From contig DYMG01000005.1 in assembly GCA_020721655.1 (NCBI GenBank), positions 1-54,750 on the forward strand: 54,750 nt of DNA, read 5' to 3'. Origin of the DNA: Paludibacter propionicigenes (GTDB taxonomy: Bacteria; Bacteroidota; Bacteroidia; Bacteroidales; JAFGXI01). Below the pieces are notes generated by a model that was not told the origin of the DNA, made no database searches, and was given only the letters and a program-made list of their open reading frames with translations. The position numbers and the translations under genes were made by a program. Shown piece by piece: positions 28,546 through 38,661 of this stretch (position 1 is the stretch's first letter; every line of letters begins with the position of its first letter).

Positions 28546-29493
28546 TTAGCTCAATTTCTTTTTTATTTCTTTGTACATTTCTTCAGTCATTGTTGCTATG
28601 TTATATTTTTGTTTCCATCCCCAATGTTCAAAAAGTACAGAATCGTCGATGCTTTGAGGCCATGAATCGGCAATAGCTTGTCGAAAGTCTGGTTTATATG
28701 TAATTGTAAAATTGTGATTGTGTTTTTTTATTTCTTCCGATAATTGTTTGGGGTTAAAACTAATACCGCCTAAATTATAACTTGAACGTATTTTAATTTT
28801 CTCTTTTTCAGTTTCCATTAATGAGATTGTAGCATCAATTGCATCTTCCATATACATCATTGGTAATGATGTATTTTCAGACAGAAAACACTCGTATTTA
28901 TTGTTTTTTACGGCTTCATAGAAAATTTCTACGGCATAATCGGTAGTTCCACCACCGGCTTCGGCTTTGTAAGAAATTAAACCGGGGTAACGGAGGCTTC
29001 TTACATCTACTCCGTATTTATTAAAATAATATTCGCACCAACGTTCTCCGGCAAGTTTACTTATTCCATAAACTGTATTTGGATCCATAAAATCGTTTTG
29101 TGGTGTATTTTGTTTTTTGGTTCCGGGTCCAAAAACTGCTATTGAACTTGGCCAAAATATTTTGCTTAGTTGTTTTTCTTTAGCAATATCTAAAATTATA
29201 AACAAGCTATTCATATTTATTTCCCAAGCTTTTGCAGGATTTTTTTCCGCATTTCCTGATAAAATTGCGGCTAAATGATATACTTCTGTTATTTTATATT
29301 TATCTACTACAGTTTCTACATCTTTTTTATTTAGTGCGTCTAAAATAACAAATGGACCTCCTTCAAAAACCTCTTTCATTGGTTCTCTAATGTCTGAAGC
29401 TATAACATTTTCGGCTCCAAATCTCTTTCTTAACTCTAATACTAAATCAGACCCAATTTGTCCAGATGCTCCTATTACCAATATTTTTTTCAT
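28546..29493 (-). CDS. tdh: SDR-type L-threonine 3-dehydrogenase (NAD-dependent epimerase family)
   Basis: GASGQIG, WPSSIAVFG, YGISK, RYPGLIS, GGGTTDYAV; closely resembles the Flavobacterium-type ThrDH. Confidence 0.82.
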   Translation of the reverse strand: MKKILVIGASGQIGSDLVLELRKRFGAENVIASDIREPMKEVFEGGPFVILDALNKKDVETVVDKYKITEVYHLAAILSGNAEKNPAKAWEINMNSLFIILDIAKEKQLSKIFWPSSIAVFGPGTKKQNTPQNDFMDPNTVYGISKLAGERWCEYYFNKYGVDVRSLRYPGLISYKAEAGGGTTDYAVEIFYEAVKNNKYECFLSENTSLPMMYMEDAIDATISLMETEKEKIKIRSSYNLGGISFNPKQLSEEIKKHNHNFTITYKPDFRQAIADSWPQSIDDSVLFEHWGWKQKYNIATMTEEMYKEIKKKLS

Positions 29494-29617
29494 TATAAGG
29501 GGTGTATTATTTTTTTAAAGTATGATTAATCAGATATTTACGTAATTATATTTTATTTTTTAACTTATTGCTAAATTAAGCAATTTTAGTATCTATAAAA
29601 TGATATAGAACATATTT

Positions 29618-30301
29618 TTATTCATTAGGCAAAAATGCAGAAAATTCTTCAATTATTGGAAAATTACTTTCTATTCTTTGTATTTCAACAATGTTATTTG
29701 CAAACTTGTTTTTTTTGAGGTATTGTTCAAAAATAATTTCCGAATCGTTTTTAATTTTTTTGTTATAATCGCCAATTAAATTATAAACAATGCCTAATAA
29801 ATTTATGTTCCTATTTTTCAGCAAATCAATAGACATAAGTGTATGATTTATGCTTCCTAATTTTGGTGTAGAAACTAATATTACGTTGTATTGTCTTTGT
29901 TCTAAAAAATCTATTGTTGTATAATTTTTTGTAAGTGGAACAAACAAGCCTCCAACACCCTCAATTATAATATATTGAAAATTTTTTTGAAGCATTTTTG
30001 TGCTTTCGTCTATTATGGCAATGTCTATTTCTTTTTTTTCTTCAGCAGCAGCTAAATGTGGCGATGCTGGGAATTTAAACACAAAAGGGCAGGTTGTTTT
30101 ATCGAAATCTTCGGGAAATAAATTTACTTCCATTATTTTTCTATGCTGTAAAATATCTTCTGAAATACCTACACAGCCTGTTTGTGCTATTTTTTGTGTT
30201 ATTACTGTTTTGTTTTTCGATAATAAATATTTTGCAAATAAGCCTGTTACAATGGTTTTTCCAACATCAGTATCAATTCCTGCTATAAAAATTGGAGTCA
30301 T
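29618..30301 (-). CDS. bioD: Dethiobiotin synthase
   Basis: GIDTDVGKT, KIAQTG, PASPHLAA, IEGVGGLFVP, LGSINHT. Confidence 0.95.
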   Translation of the reverse strand: MTPIFIAGIDTDVGKTIVTGLFAKYLLSKNKTVITQKIAQTGCVGISEDILQHRKIMEVNLFPEDFDKTTCPFVFKFPASPHLAAAEEKKEIDIAIIDESTKMLQKNFQYIIIEGVGGLFVPLTKNYTTIDFLEQRQYNVILVSTPKLGSINHTLMSIDLLKNRNINLLGIVYNLIGDYNKKIKNDSEIIFEQYLKKNKFANNIVEIQRIESNFPIIEEFSAFLPNE

Positions 30302-30311
30302 TGGTTTATTT

Positions 30312-31172
30312 TTAATTACTACTATTAATTAAACTGCTAAATAAGCCCAAATAATCGGCTTGTATTACTTCTTTAGAGTCTATATCATAAGCAAAAACAA
30401 CTACTCCTAAATTTTTCATATTCCAATCATTACTAATTTCAAAATTTTCATATTTTACATTTATTACTTCTCCATTTTTAATATTAGAGTTTGAAATAGT
30501 TTCGCCCCAAGTTCCATTAATTGATGTTCTTAAAACGTGATTAAAAATATAATCAGTTACTTGACCGCCAACGACTTGATCTTTTTGAGCTCCAATAATA
30601 TTGTTTTCAACCAAATACACACATAAATTAAGATTTTCGGTTGTATCTTTTAAAACATTTACATTTATGTTTACATTTAATTTTCGTGTTATTGTATCGA
30701 GTGCGGTTTGAATTTTTAATGCCATAGATGGTGTTTTATTAATTAAAACTCCAACAGCCGAAGCCCAATCGCCATCACCAACTTTAATATCTCCATTAAA
30801 AACAGCTCTATTAACCATACCTTTAGGTAATCCCGAAGCACTTAATTCAAAAGTGTTATCTAATTCATCTCCAACTAAGGTTCTTAAATCTAAATTAAAA
30901 GGCACATTGCCAGGAGAAGCTAAAAGTCCAACGTGTATTGCAATAGGTATTATTTGTTTACCATAAATTTCTTTCAAATTTTCTAATTCGCGAGCTGCTC
31001 TTGGGCAATTTGTGCAATAGTGTGCTGTATAATCTTCAATTAGTATATTTTGTTTATACTCTTCAGAATTATTATTATTTGATATGTTTTTTTCGATATA
31101 TGGCGAGCCAACCTTATCGCAAGCATATACGAAAGCTAAAAAAGCTATACTTATTAACAATATTTTTTTCAT
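30312..31172 (-). CDS. Omp28-family outer-membrane lipoprotein (thioredoxin-like CxxC plus Ig-like domain)
   Basis: Lipobox FVYA-C; ILIEDYTAHYCTNCP; IAIH; PKGMVNR; NHVLR...GTWGE. Confidence 0.85.
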   Translation of the reverse strand: MKKILLISIAFLAFVYACDKVGSPYIEKNISNNNNSEEYKQNILIEDYTAHYCTNCPRAARELENLKEIYGKQIIPIAIHVGLLASPGNVPFNLDLRTLVGDELDNTFELSASGLPKGMVNRAVFNGDIKVGDGDWASAVGVLINKTPSMALKIQTALDTITRKLNVNINVNVLKDTTENLNLCVYLVENNIIGAQKDQVVGGQVTDYIFNHVLRTSINGTWGETISNSNIKNGEVINVKYENFEISNDWNMKNLGVVVFAYDIDSKEVIQADYLGLFSSLINSSN

Positions 31173-31191
31173 TTTTTTTGCTTTTATATTT

Positions 31192-32838
31192 TTAAAAACT
31201 GCTTGTTATTGATAATGCGAAACCGTTTGTAGCAGGAACAACCCTACAAACACCGCCTACACATATTACACCTTCCATTGACTTTCCGTACGAAAGTTGA
31301 ATTCTTGTTGAATTTTTCATATAGCCAACCGATGTGTTTACATAATGGATTTTTAAATCTGAATGTAAATTTCCGTAGTTATAAGCATCGTAAACAGCTA
31401 TAAACCAGTGCGGAGCCATTGTGTATTCTATTAAACCCATAGCCCAATCTTGTTTATCTTGTTTTGTAAACAACCCTTGAAATTCAAAACGCAATGTTCG
31501 TTTACTTTTTATTTTCCATGTTAAATCAACAATTCCAATATTTGAATAAACCATTTTGTTTCCGCTATGGTCAACCTCTCCACGCAATTGTTCATAATTT
31601 ATTGTTTGATTTAGATATTCAACATTTAATTTAAATTTATCACCTATTTTTTTATGTAATCCAATATTTAAATCGTTGTAAAATAATTCATCACCTATTT
31701 CAAAAAAATTACTTTTATAGCCATCATAACCTTTAATTGCTATTGCTGTTGTATCATTTGCAGAAACTCTATTAATATCATAAGCAGTGGCATAACTTAC
31801 CGAAATTTCCGTACCATTTTTACCTCCTAAGAATGATTCTTTTTTAAATTTGTACATTATCTCGGCTCTTGTTCCCATTTCTCCATTTGTTTGTGTAGCA
31901 TATTGATACATAGACGCTAAGGTATAAGTATGTATTTTAGAAATATCGGGAATATAGTTAATGTTCAAATTATTAATTTTCTGCCCTCTATCCGACCTAA
32001 AACTCATATTATCAACCCTTTTAGCCGATAAATAAACTCCAATTCCTTTTGCAGAATAGGTTGCATTTATTAACAATGCTTCTCCATTTTTGTATATATA
32101 TCCATTGTCAGATGATGGGTCTTGCGATTTATAAGCATATTCGCTAGAAAGCATAAACCCACCATTTGAAAGAGATAATCTGGCTGCTCCGGAACCAACA
32201 TTTTCAGGAAGTTTAAGTATTGGATCTTTGTCGGCTTGAAATTTACTAACAAAACTTCCTCCAATAGTAATTTGAGTATTATTTTCTAATTGAAACATTT
32301 CGTTAATTGAAAAATCACCATCAATAGCTCTAACAATTCCGTCGCCAACAGTCCAAAAAAGTCTTTGTTTTGCAATTAAGCCTTTAAAACTAACACCTCT
32401 TATTCCCGAATAATTTACTTTTACACCTTCAAAAGCATTATCGTAACCAAGCATTTTTTCTTGATACGACCTTAATATAAGTCCGCTTCCGAATTGTTCG
32501 TAAAAATTTCCGACTATTATTCCTAAATCTTTTTGATTTTTATACGATAAGTATTTATAAGCTATTCCTTGTCCATTGTACGATTTATCGAAACCTTCCA
32601 AAGAATTTAAATATGCTTCATATCTCAATCCTGCCGAAAAATTACCATAAGTGTAATTAAAATTACCATAAGCATTCATCAATATTAATTCTGATGGCTT
32701 TGAGGCTCCAATAATAGTGTCTTCGCTATATTGTTGCACATCTATATTAAAATTCCCGTGTAACTGTCCCTTTATATTTTCTTGCGAAAAAACATAAAGA
32801 CTTAATATTGTGAAAATTATTAATAAACTCTGTTTCAT
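31192..32838 (-). CDS. DUF6029-like outer-membrane beta-barrel protein
   Basis: Signal peptide; GNFYEQFGSGLILRSY; amphipathic strands; C-terminal EGVICVGGVCRVVP...SITSSF ending in Phe. Confidence 0.8.
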   Translation of the reverse strand: MKQSLLIIFTILSLYVFSQENIKGQLHGNFNIDVQQYSEDTIIGASKPSELILMNAYGNFNYTYGNFSAGLRYEAYLNSLEGFDKSYNGQGIAYKYLSYKNQKDLGIIVGNFYEQFGSGLILRSYQEKMLGYDNAFEGVKVNYSGIRGVSFKGLIAKQRLFWTVGDGIVRAIDGDFSINEMFQLENNTQITIGGSFVSKFQADKDPILKLPENVGSGAARLSLSNGGFMLSSEYAYKSQDPSSDNGYIYKNGEALLINATYSAKGIGVYLSAKRVDNMSFRSDRGQKINNLNINYIPDISKIHTYTLASMYQYATQTNGEMGTRAEIMYKFKKESFLGGKNGTEISVSYATAYDINRVSANDTTAIAIKGYDGYKSNFFEIGDELFYNDLNIGLHKKIGDKFKLNVEYLNQTINYEQLRGEVDHSGNKMVYSNIGIVDLTWKIKSKRTLRFEFQGLFTKQDKQDWAMGLIEYTMAPHWFIAVYDAYNYGNLHSDLKIHYVNTSVGYMKNSTRIQLSYGKSMEGVICVGGVCRVVPATNGFALSITSSF

Positions 32839-32859
32839 TTTTCAATTAATTTATTGATG

Positions 32860-33369
32860 TTAATCTTCAATTTTTTCGCCTTTTGCAACTTTTTTAATCA
32901 ATTCAAAAAGCTCATCTTCATCTCCATCGGCATAAGCTGTGTGCTGATGAACTATTTCGCCACTACCGTTTAACAAAAAAACGTGGGGAACATTTACAAC
33001 ATTCATTGCCTCTTTAAACACAGAATTTGGGTCTAAAAGTACTTCATATTCCCACCCCTTAGTATTTACAAATGGTGCAACTCTCGACATACTTCTTGAA
33101 TTATCAACAGAAATAGCATAAATTTTAACTCCGGTTTCTTCTTGCCACTGCTTATAAACGCTTTCAATTGCCTCCAATTCTTGAACACAAGGTTTACACC
33201 ATGTTGCCCAAAAATCTATTATAATTGGTTTACCATCATTTTTAATATCCGATGTATTAAAAACTTTTCCGTCTAATGTTTTAATTTCAACATTAGGAAT
33301 GCTTGTTTCTTGTGCTTGAATTGTAAATACAAACAAAACCACACTTAGTATAAAGACTAATTTCTTCAT
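32860..33369 (-). CDS. TlpA/ResA-family periplasmic thiol-disulfide oxidoreductase
   Basis: Signal peptide; DFWATWCKPC; cis-Pro VVNVP. Confidence 0.92.
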   Translation of the reverse strand: MKKLVFILSVVLFVFTIQAQETSIPNVEIKTLDGKVFNTSDIKNDGKPIIIDFWATWCKPCVQELEAIESVYKQWQEETGVKIYAISVDNSRSMSRVAPFVNTKGWEYEVLLDPNSVFKEAMNVVNVPHVFLLNGSGEIVHQHTAYADGDEDELFELIKKVAKGEKIED

Positions 33370-33658
33370 ATTATTTTTTTTACTAAAATAGAAAATAATA
33401 ATTCAAATAAATAACTGATTTTATACAACATATTACCACAAATACATAAAATCTTGATAATAAGCATTTTTAATATTTAAACTTTTCGAAAAATTATTTA
33501 TTGTTACTTCTACATAACAGCATTAAAAAACAACGTATTACACTATTAATAAATATTTTAGATAACTCACACACCTCTACTTACAACTTATTTTCAAAAA
33601 ATGCTTTACTTTCATTAAAAATTGTTGTATATTGTCGAATATTTTAAATACAAATTTT

Positions 33659-34402
33659 ATGATAAAAAACATACTCCCAATTATAATTTTATTCTTAGCT
33701 TTTTCTTCTAAAGCCCAAGATTTTCAAATTTCAACAGCTGGAGTTTCCAATTTAAATGGACAAAGTTTAGACTTTGCTATTCATGCAGATAGCATTAATG
33801 GTTCTGGCAATTATTTTTATAATTTAGTAGTTGAAATTCATAATACGTCTAGTGTTGAAAAGTTTATTCAAGTTAGAAGAACTAATATTGAGCAAAGCGG
33901 TTATTCTTTCCCTGCAGGACACACAATGTGTTTAGGAACAACTTGTTATTCGGGAGATATTATTCCAAGTGCTTCGAGTGGTAAAACAATAAATGCCAAC
34001 GAAACAATTGAGTTACATGTTCAAATTGAATTTGAACCAACTGGTTACGGACGAGAACATTACGATATTTTTGAGAAAGACAACACACAAAACTCTGTTT
34101 CTTTTGATGCTTACTATCACAGTATAACATCTAACATTAAAAATTTAACATCTGCAAACATTGTAAGCAAAGCTTATCCAAATCCTGCTAATAATTTAGT
34201 GAAATTAAATTACAATATTTTAGACAATGGTTTTATTACAATTCACGATATTACTGGAAAACAAATTGGAAAAGCTATTTTATCAAAAACTCAAAACAGT
34301 ATTTCGCTAAGCACAGATAAGGTTAATTCTGGTATGTATTTCTACAACATTTATGTTAATAATATAAAAATTAAGACTGATAAATTTGTTGTAAGACATT
34401 AA
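33659..34402 (+). CDS. Small T9SS type A CTD protein with a CxxxxC motif
   Basis: Signal peptide from ATG 33659 (MIKNILP...SKA-Q); MCLGTTCY; AYPNPA...DITGKQI...GMYFY...KFVVRH. Confidence 0.85.
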   Translation: MIKNILPIIILFLAFSSKAQDFQISTAGVSNLNGQSLDFAIHADSINGSGNYFYNLVVEIHNTSSVEKFIQVRRTNIEQSGYSFPAGHTMCLGTTCYSGDIIPSASSGKTINANETIELHVQIEFEPTGYGREHYDIFEKDNTQNSVSFDAYYHSITSNIKNLTSANIVSKAYPNPANNLVKLNYNILDNGFITIHDITGKQIGKAILSKTQNSISLSTDKVNSGMYFYNIYVNNIKIKTDKFVVRH

Positions 34403-34415
34403 AAAACACTAGCAT

Positions 34416-34458
34416 AAAAATAAAAAGAGGAGCAAATGCTCCTCTTTTTATTTTTTTT
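34416..34458. terminator. Bidirectional intrinsic terminator
   Basis: AAAAATAAAAAGAGGAGCA-AA-TGCTCCTCTTTTTATTTTT between convergent genes. Confidence 0.88.
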
Positions 34459-34483
34459 AACTCCTATATTTTTAACACAAAAT

Positions 34484-35515
34484 CTAAATCTGTGTTAAAA
34501 TATATTTATTTATTTTCTTTGCAAAAGAAGGTCCGTTGTAAATAAAACCTGTATAAACTTGCACTAAACTAGCTCCTGCATTTAACTTATCTAAAGCATC
34601 TTGTGGCGACATAACACCACCTGCGGCAATAATAGGAATTGAATTTCCTGATTTTTCGGATATATATTTAACAACCTCTGTACTTCTTTTTGTTAAAGGT
34701 TTTCCGCTAAGTCCTCCGTCTCCAAAATTATCAATAACATTTTTAGAATACGATAAATTATCTCTATAAATTGTGGTATTTGTGGCAACTATTCCTGCAA
34801 TTTTTGTCGTTTTAACAATATCAATAATATCATCAATTTGAGTATTTGTTAAGTCTGGAGCTATTTTTAACAGTATTGGTTTTTGAATTGGCTTAGAAAG
34901 GTTAATTTTCATAAGTTTTCCTAATAAATTTGTAAGTGGTTCTTTTTCTTGCAATTCTCTCAAATTTGGAGTATTTGGCGAACTAACATTTACAACAAAA
35001 TAATCAACATACGAATATAATGCTTCAAAACCCTTTATATAATCCAAGACCGCATCTTCGTTAGTTGTTATTTTATTTTTTCCAATGTTTCCACCAATTA
35101 TAATTTTTGTTTTTTTATTTTTAAGCTTTTCAACCATAGCTTCCAAACCTAAATTATTGAACCCCATTCTATTTATCAATGCTGAATCGTTAATTAACCT
35201 AAACATTCGTGGTTTTTCATTGCCGGGTTGTGCTTTTGGGGTAACTGTTCCTACTTCAATAAACCCAAAGCCCATATTTCCTAAAACATCGAACACTTCA
35301 GCATCTTTATCTAAACCCGCTGCCAACCCAACAGGATTAGGGAAATTAATTCCAAAAACATTGCGTTCTAATTTTTCATTTTCTATATGAAACATTAATT
35401 TAACAAAGCTTCTAAACCCTAATTTTTCGGTTGTTTTAAGTCCATTAAAAACTATTCCGTGTATTTTTTCTGGCGAAAATTTGAATAAAACTGGACGAAT
35501 AATATTTTTATACAT
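34484..35515 (-). CDS. pyrD: Quinone-dependent dihydroorotate dehydrogenase
   Basis: [41 protein letters not shown]. Confidence 0.97.
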   Translation of the reverse strand: MYKNIIRPVLFKFSPEKIHGIVFNGLKTTEKLGFRSFVKLMFHIENEKLERNVFGINFPNPVGLAAGLDKDAEVFDVLGNMGFGFIEVGTVTPKAQPGNEKPRMFRLINDSALINRMGFNNLGLEAMVEKLKNKKTKIIIGGNIGKNKITTNEDAVLDYIKGFEALYSYVDYFVVNVSSPNTPNLRELQEKEPLTNLLGKLMKINLSKPIQKPILLKIAPDLTNTQIDDIIDIVKTTKIAGIVATNTTIYRDNLSYSKNVIDNFGDGGLSGKPLTKRSTEVVKYISEKSGNSIPIIAAGGVMSPQDALDKLNAGASLVQVYTGFIYNGPSFAKKINKYILTQI

Positions 35516-35525
35516 CGTTTTTTCA

Positions 35526-35533
35526 CAAAAATA
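35526..35533 (-). promoter_or_regulatory. -7 promoter element of pyrD
   Basis: TATTTTTG on the minus strand (TAnnTTTG), 10 nt upstream of the start. Confidence 0.45.
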
Positions 35534-35556
35534 TATTTTTTTTTGTAATTTTTTGT

Positions 35557-35598
35557 AAAAATAAAAGCAGCGAGTAAATATTTGCTCACTGCTTTTAT
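35557..35598 (-). terminator. Intrinsic terminator of the TBDR-hmuY operon
   Basis: Minus strand ATAAAAGCAGTGAGCAAA-TA-TTTACTCGCTGCTTTTAT followed by TTTT. Confidence 0.8.
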
Positions 35599-35622
35599 GC
35601 TTACAAATAGTTATTATTATAA

Positions 35623-36267
35623 CTATTCTATTGTCCTACTACCATCTGTTTGGTATGAATATTTAAAATTTACATAACCCGAATTTCCGTTATCGTTAAA
35701 AAAACTTTTAATCCAAATTTTTGCGTATTTTCCATTTGCTGTTTTTAGCACATAAATATGGTCATTTGTTGGGTAAGTAGGACCCTGAGACCCCATAACA
35801 ACATCTACACAACCAATAAAAACAGAGCTGCCGGGAACTGCCAAATAAATTGGCGAATGGTCTGTATTAAAACCTGTTACAATTTGAATTGTATCGTCTG
35901 GGGTATATCCACCTTCGTTTGCTGTAACAACTGTAGACCACTCAACACTACCAGCATCGTAAACGCCTCCTTCGCCAATACCTGCACTTCCAGAATTTGT
36001 TCTAACATTATAGCGATTAAATGCTATATCCCAACTTGTTGATGTAGTATAATTTAAAGAATCTACACCCGAAACCTCGGCACCTGTTGCAAAAGAAAAA
36101 TAAATCCAATCATCGCCGTAATCTGTTGTACGACTAAGCGTGTATTCTGCTGTTTTTAATGTTGTTGAAGTATTTATATCATCAACAACTTCTTCATCTT
36201 TTTTACAAGATGAAATTAATGCAATTCCTGCTAAAAATAGCACTAAAAAATAATTTACTGTTTTCAT
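35623..36267 (-). CDS. hmuY: HmuY-family heme-binding lipoprotein
   Basis: Lipobox LISS-C; [41 protein letters not shown]. Confidence 0.9.
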   Translation of the reverse strand: MKTVNYFLVLFLAGIALISSCKKDEEVVDDINTSTTLKTAEYTLSRTTDYGDDWIYFSFATGAEVSGVDSLNYTTSTSWDIAFNRYNVRTNSGSAGIGEGGVYDAGSVEWSTVVTANEGGYTPDDTIQIVTGFNTDHSPIYLAVPGSSVFIGCVDVVMGSQGPTYPTNDHIYVLKTANGKYAKIWIKSFFNDNGNSGYVNFKYSYQTDGSRTIE

Positions 36268-38537
36268 TTTACTAATTTTTGTTTGTTATTAAAAAAGTTA
36301 TCAATATTAATTTGCAGACTCACAAATACCCGTCTGCCAGGGTTTATGCTTGTATTAAAATTCACTAAATCAGGTTTGTAATCAAAAATATTATTTACTC
36401 CAAAAATTAAATTTGTTGAGTTATATATTTTCTGTGAAAAACTTAAATTCCATATAGAAAATGCGTTATAATGCACATTGTATATAGCTTTTACATTCTC
36501 GCCTCTGTATAAAATATCAGCGAAATCTTGATAATTTTTTGCTCCTGTTATTTTCCCATTTATTGATATTAGTGATGTATAAAAACTTTTTGAAAAATTA
36601 TATTCAATTTTTACAGTTGCCGAATGAGGGCTAATTGTTGATATTTGGCTTTCTGCACTTCTATTATCTACAACAAAACTGTAACCTCCACCAAAATTAA
36701 AGTGTTTTAGAAATTTATACTTCAACAAAACTTCTACACCTGAAAGCTCTGCATTATAAATGTTAACATATTTATAAACTGTTTGGTTTTCTTGCCATTC
36801 TCCATCAATTTTATTTATAATCCAATTTTTATAAAATGTTGTAGCAACATTAAAATTATTTTGGGTGTATTCGTAAGATAGAGATATATAATTGTTAGTT
36901 TCTGGCTTTAAATTTACATCTCCTTTAATTGTAAACATTCCAAGCATATCCCAATTCATATAAAGTTCCTTTAAAGTTGGAGATCTAAAACCTTTTGCGT
37001 AATTAAATCTTAAAACATTAGATTTTATCCTATACATAGCCGATAATTTTGGCGATGGATACAAACCAAAAGTTGAGTGAACATCGGCTCTTACTCCAAT
37101 TACAAAATTTATTTTTTCGTTTAAAACAATATCGTCTTGAAAATAAAATACATAATTATTTATACTTTGATTTGTTAATGTATCTTTAATGTACTTGTCT
37201 GACAATAAGCCTTCTGCAAAATATTCGGAGCCTATAATTATTGAATGTCTATTAAAAATTTCTAAATCTGCAACTATCTTAGGATTTACATAAACATTTT
37301 TATAATTAATCTTTTTTTCAAATAGCTTTTCTAAATAATCGTATTTATTATACTCATCTCTATTAAAAAATGCCTTTAAATTAAATTTATCATTAAACTT
37401 ATATACTATATTTCCTCCATAAGTTATATCTTCATAATTTTGATATTTGTTGTCTATATTAAAATCGTATTGATTATGATTATAGTACGAGCCATATAAA
37501 TTAACATTAAAATTACTTTTCAGATTATATGATAGAGTTTGACTTATTGTATAATCCTGAAAACCATCAACATTTGTTTGTTCTTTTGGATAAACTATAG
37601 TTGTGTCAATATTTATTGCCTTATAAGACTGAGAATACAAATCAATTAATTTATACCCATCAAAACTTTTTCTCGAAAAATTTGTTCTACTACTTACATT
37701 GTAAAAATTTAAACCTATTGTTGCACTGTTTTCTATATTTGGCATATCTACATAAAGCTTATATTTGTAATTATCATCAGTAATTTTAACATTTTTATAA
37801 TTAACTTGATTTCGTTCCGTTAATTTACTCACTATATTGAGTTCTAAATGCTTTTTCGTTTTTTTAGTTATAATATTTATAACTCCACCCATAGCCTGCG
37901 AGCCGTACAATGCCGAAGATGCACCTTTTACAATCTCAATTCTATCAATATCGCTTGTATTAATTCTAGAATAATCGATATTATTTCCATTTTCACCAGC
38001 AAGTTTCTCACCATCAACTAGAATAAGAATATTTTTTGAACTTAAGCCGTGCATATTTATATCTGTACCGTAACCAACTTGTTGAAAATCTAACCCCGGA
38101 AGTTCGTTTTCCAAAACATTTTCCAACTTAGTGTAGCCTTTTGTTTGAATATCATTTGCATTTATAACTTGGGTAATTACTGGTGTATTTTTCAACATTT
38201 TATTGGTTCTTGTTGCTGTAACAACAACTTGTTCCAAATTAAAAACATCTGGAATTAAAAAAATAGTTTTAGACTCCGAAGGCAACAATGTATCTGTAAG
38301 TGTTTTATAACCAATAAGTGAAATTGTAACAAGCATTTTTTCGGAATAACTATTAGTAAACTCTCCGTTTATGCTCGATATTAAATACATTTTTTTATGA
38401 TTTTGCAAACTTCCTAAAATAATATTCGCATAAAAAACAGGCTCTTTAGTATTACTATCGAGTAATTTTATTTTAGTATTTTGCGAAAAAAGAATGTTGT
38501 TTAAAAATAAGATAGTTAACAAATATGTTAATTTCAT
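36264..38537 (-). CDS. TonB-dependent receptor (HmuR-like heme/iron uptake)
   Basis: Signal peptide; N-terminal carboxypeptidase-like domain; VVVTATR TonB box; plug (ILVDG, IDRIEIVKGASSALYGSQAMGGVINIIT); GFRSP..KELY, LKPE, GVNNIFD; overlaps hmuY by 4 nt. Confidence 0.92.
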   Translation of the reverse strand: MKLTYLLTILFLNNILFSQNTKIKLLDSNTKEPVFYANIILGSLQNHKKMYLISSINGEFTNSYSEKMLVTISLIGYKTLTDTLLPSESKTIFLIPDVFNLEQVVVTATRTNKMLKNTPVITQVINANDIQTKGYTKLENVLENELPGLDFQQVGYGTDINMHGLSSKNILILVDGEKLAGENGNNIDYSRINTSDIDRIEIVKGASSALYGSQAMGGVINIITKKTKKHLELNIVSKLTERNQVNYKNVKITDDNYKYKLYVDMPNIENSATIGLNFYNVSSRTNFSRKSFDGYKLIDLYSQSYKAINIDTTIVYPKEQTNVDGFQDYTISQTLSYNLKSNFNVNLYGSYYNHNQYDFNIDNKYQNYEDITYGGNIVYKFNDKFNLKAFFNRDEYNKYDYLEKLFEKKINYKNVYVNPKIVADLEIFNRHSIIIGSEYFAEGLLSDKYIKDTLTNQSINNYVFYFQDDIVLNEKINFVIGVRADVHSTFGLYPSPKLSAMYRIKSNVLRFNYAKGFRSPTLKELYMNWDMLGMFTIKGDVNLKPETNNYISLSYEYTQNNFNVATTFYKNWIINKIDGEWQENQTVYKYVNIYNAELSGVEVLLKYKFLKHFNFGGGYSFVVDNRSAESQISTISPHSATVKIEYNFSKSFYTSLISINGKITGAKNYQDFADILYRGENVKAIYNVHYNAFSIWNLSFSQKIYNSTNLIFGVNNIFDYKPDLVNFNTSINPGRRVFVSLQINIDNFFNNKQKLVK

Positions 38538-38584
38538 CAATAAAAAATTATAATAAATTAAGTTTGATTTTACGTTAACTCTAC

Positions 38585-38635
38585 AATTTTACCTAATAAT
38601 CAGTTAAAATTCAACCTGATTACCAATATAAAATT
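38585..38635 (-). promoter_or_regulatory. Long RNA stem-loop between the RGPP uORF and the TBDR
   Basis: Minus strand AATTTTATATTGGTAATCAGGTTGAATTTTAACTGATTATTAGGTAAAATT; perfect TAATCAG/CTGATTA core extended by G-U pairs and AATTTTA/TAAAATT. Confidence 0.55.
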
Positions 38636-38661
38636 TAATAAAATTGCATAATTTAAAGAAA

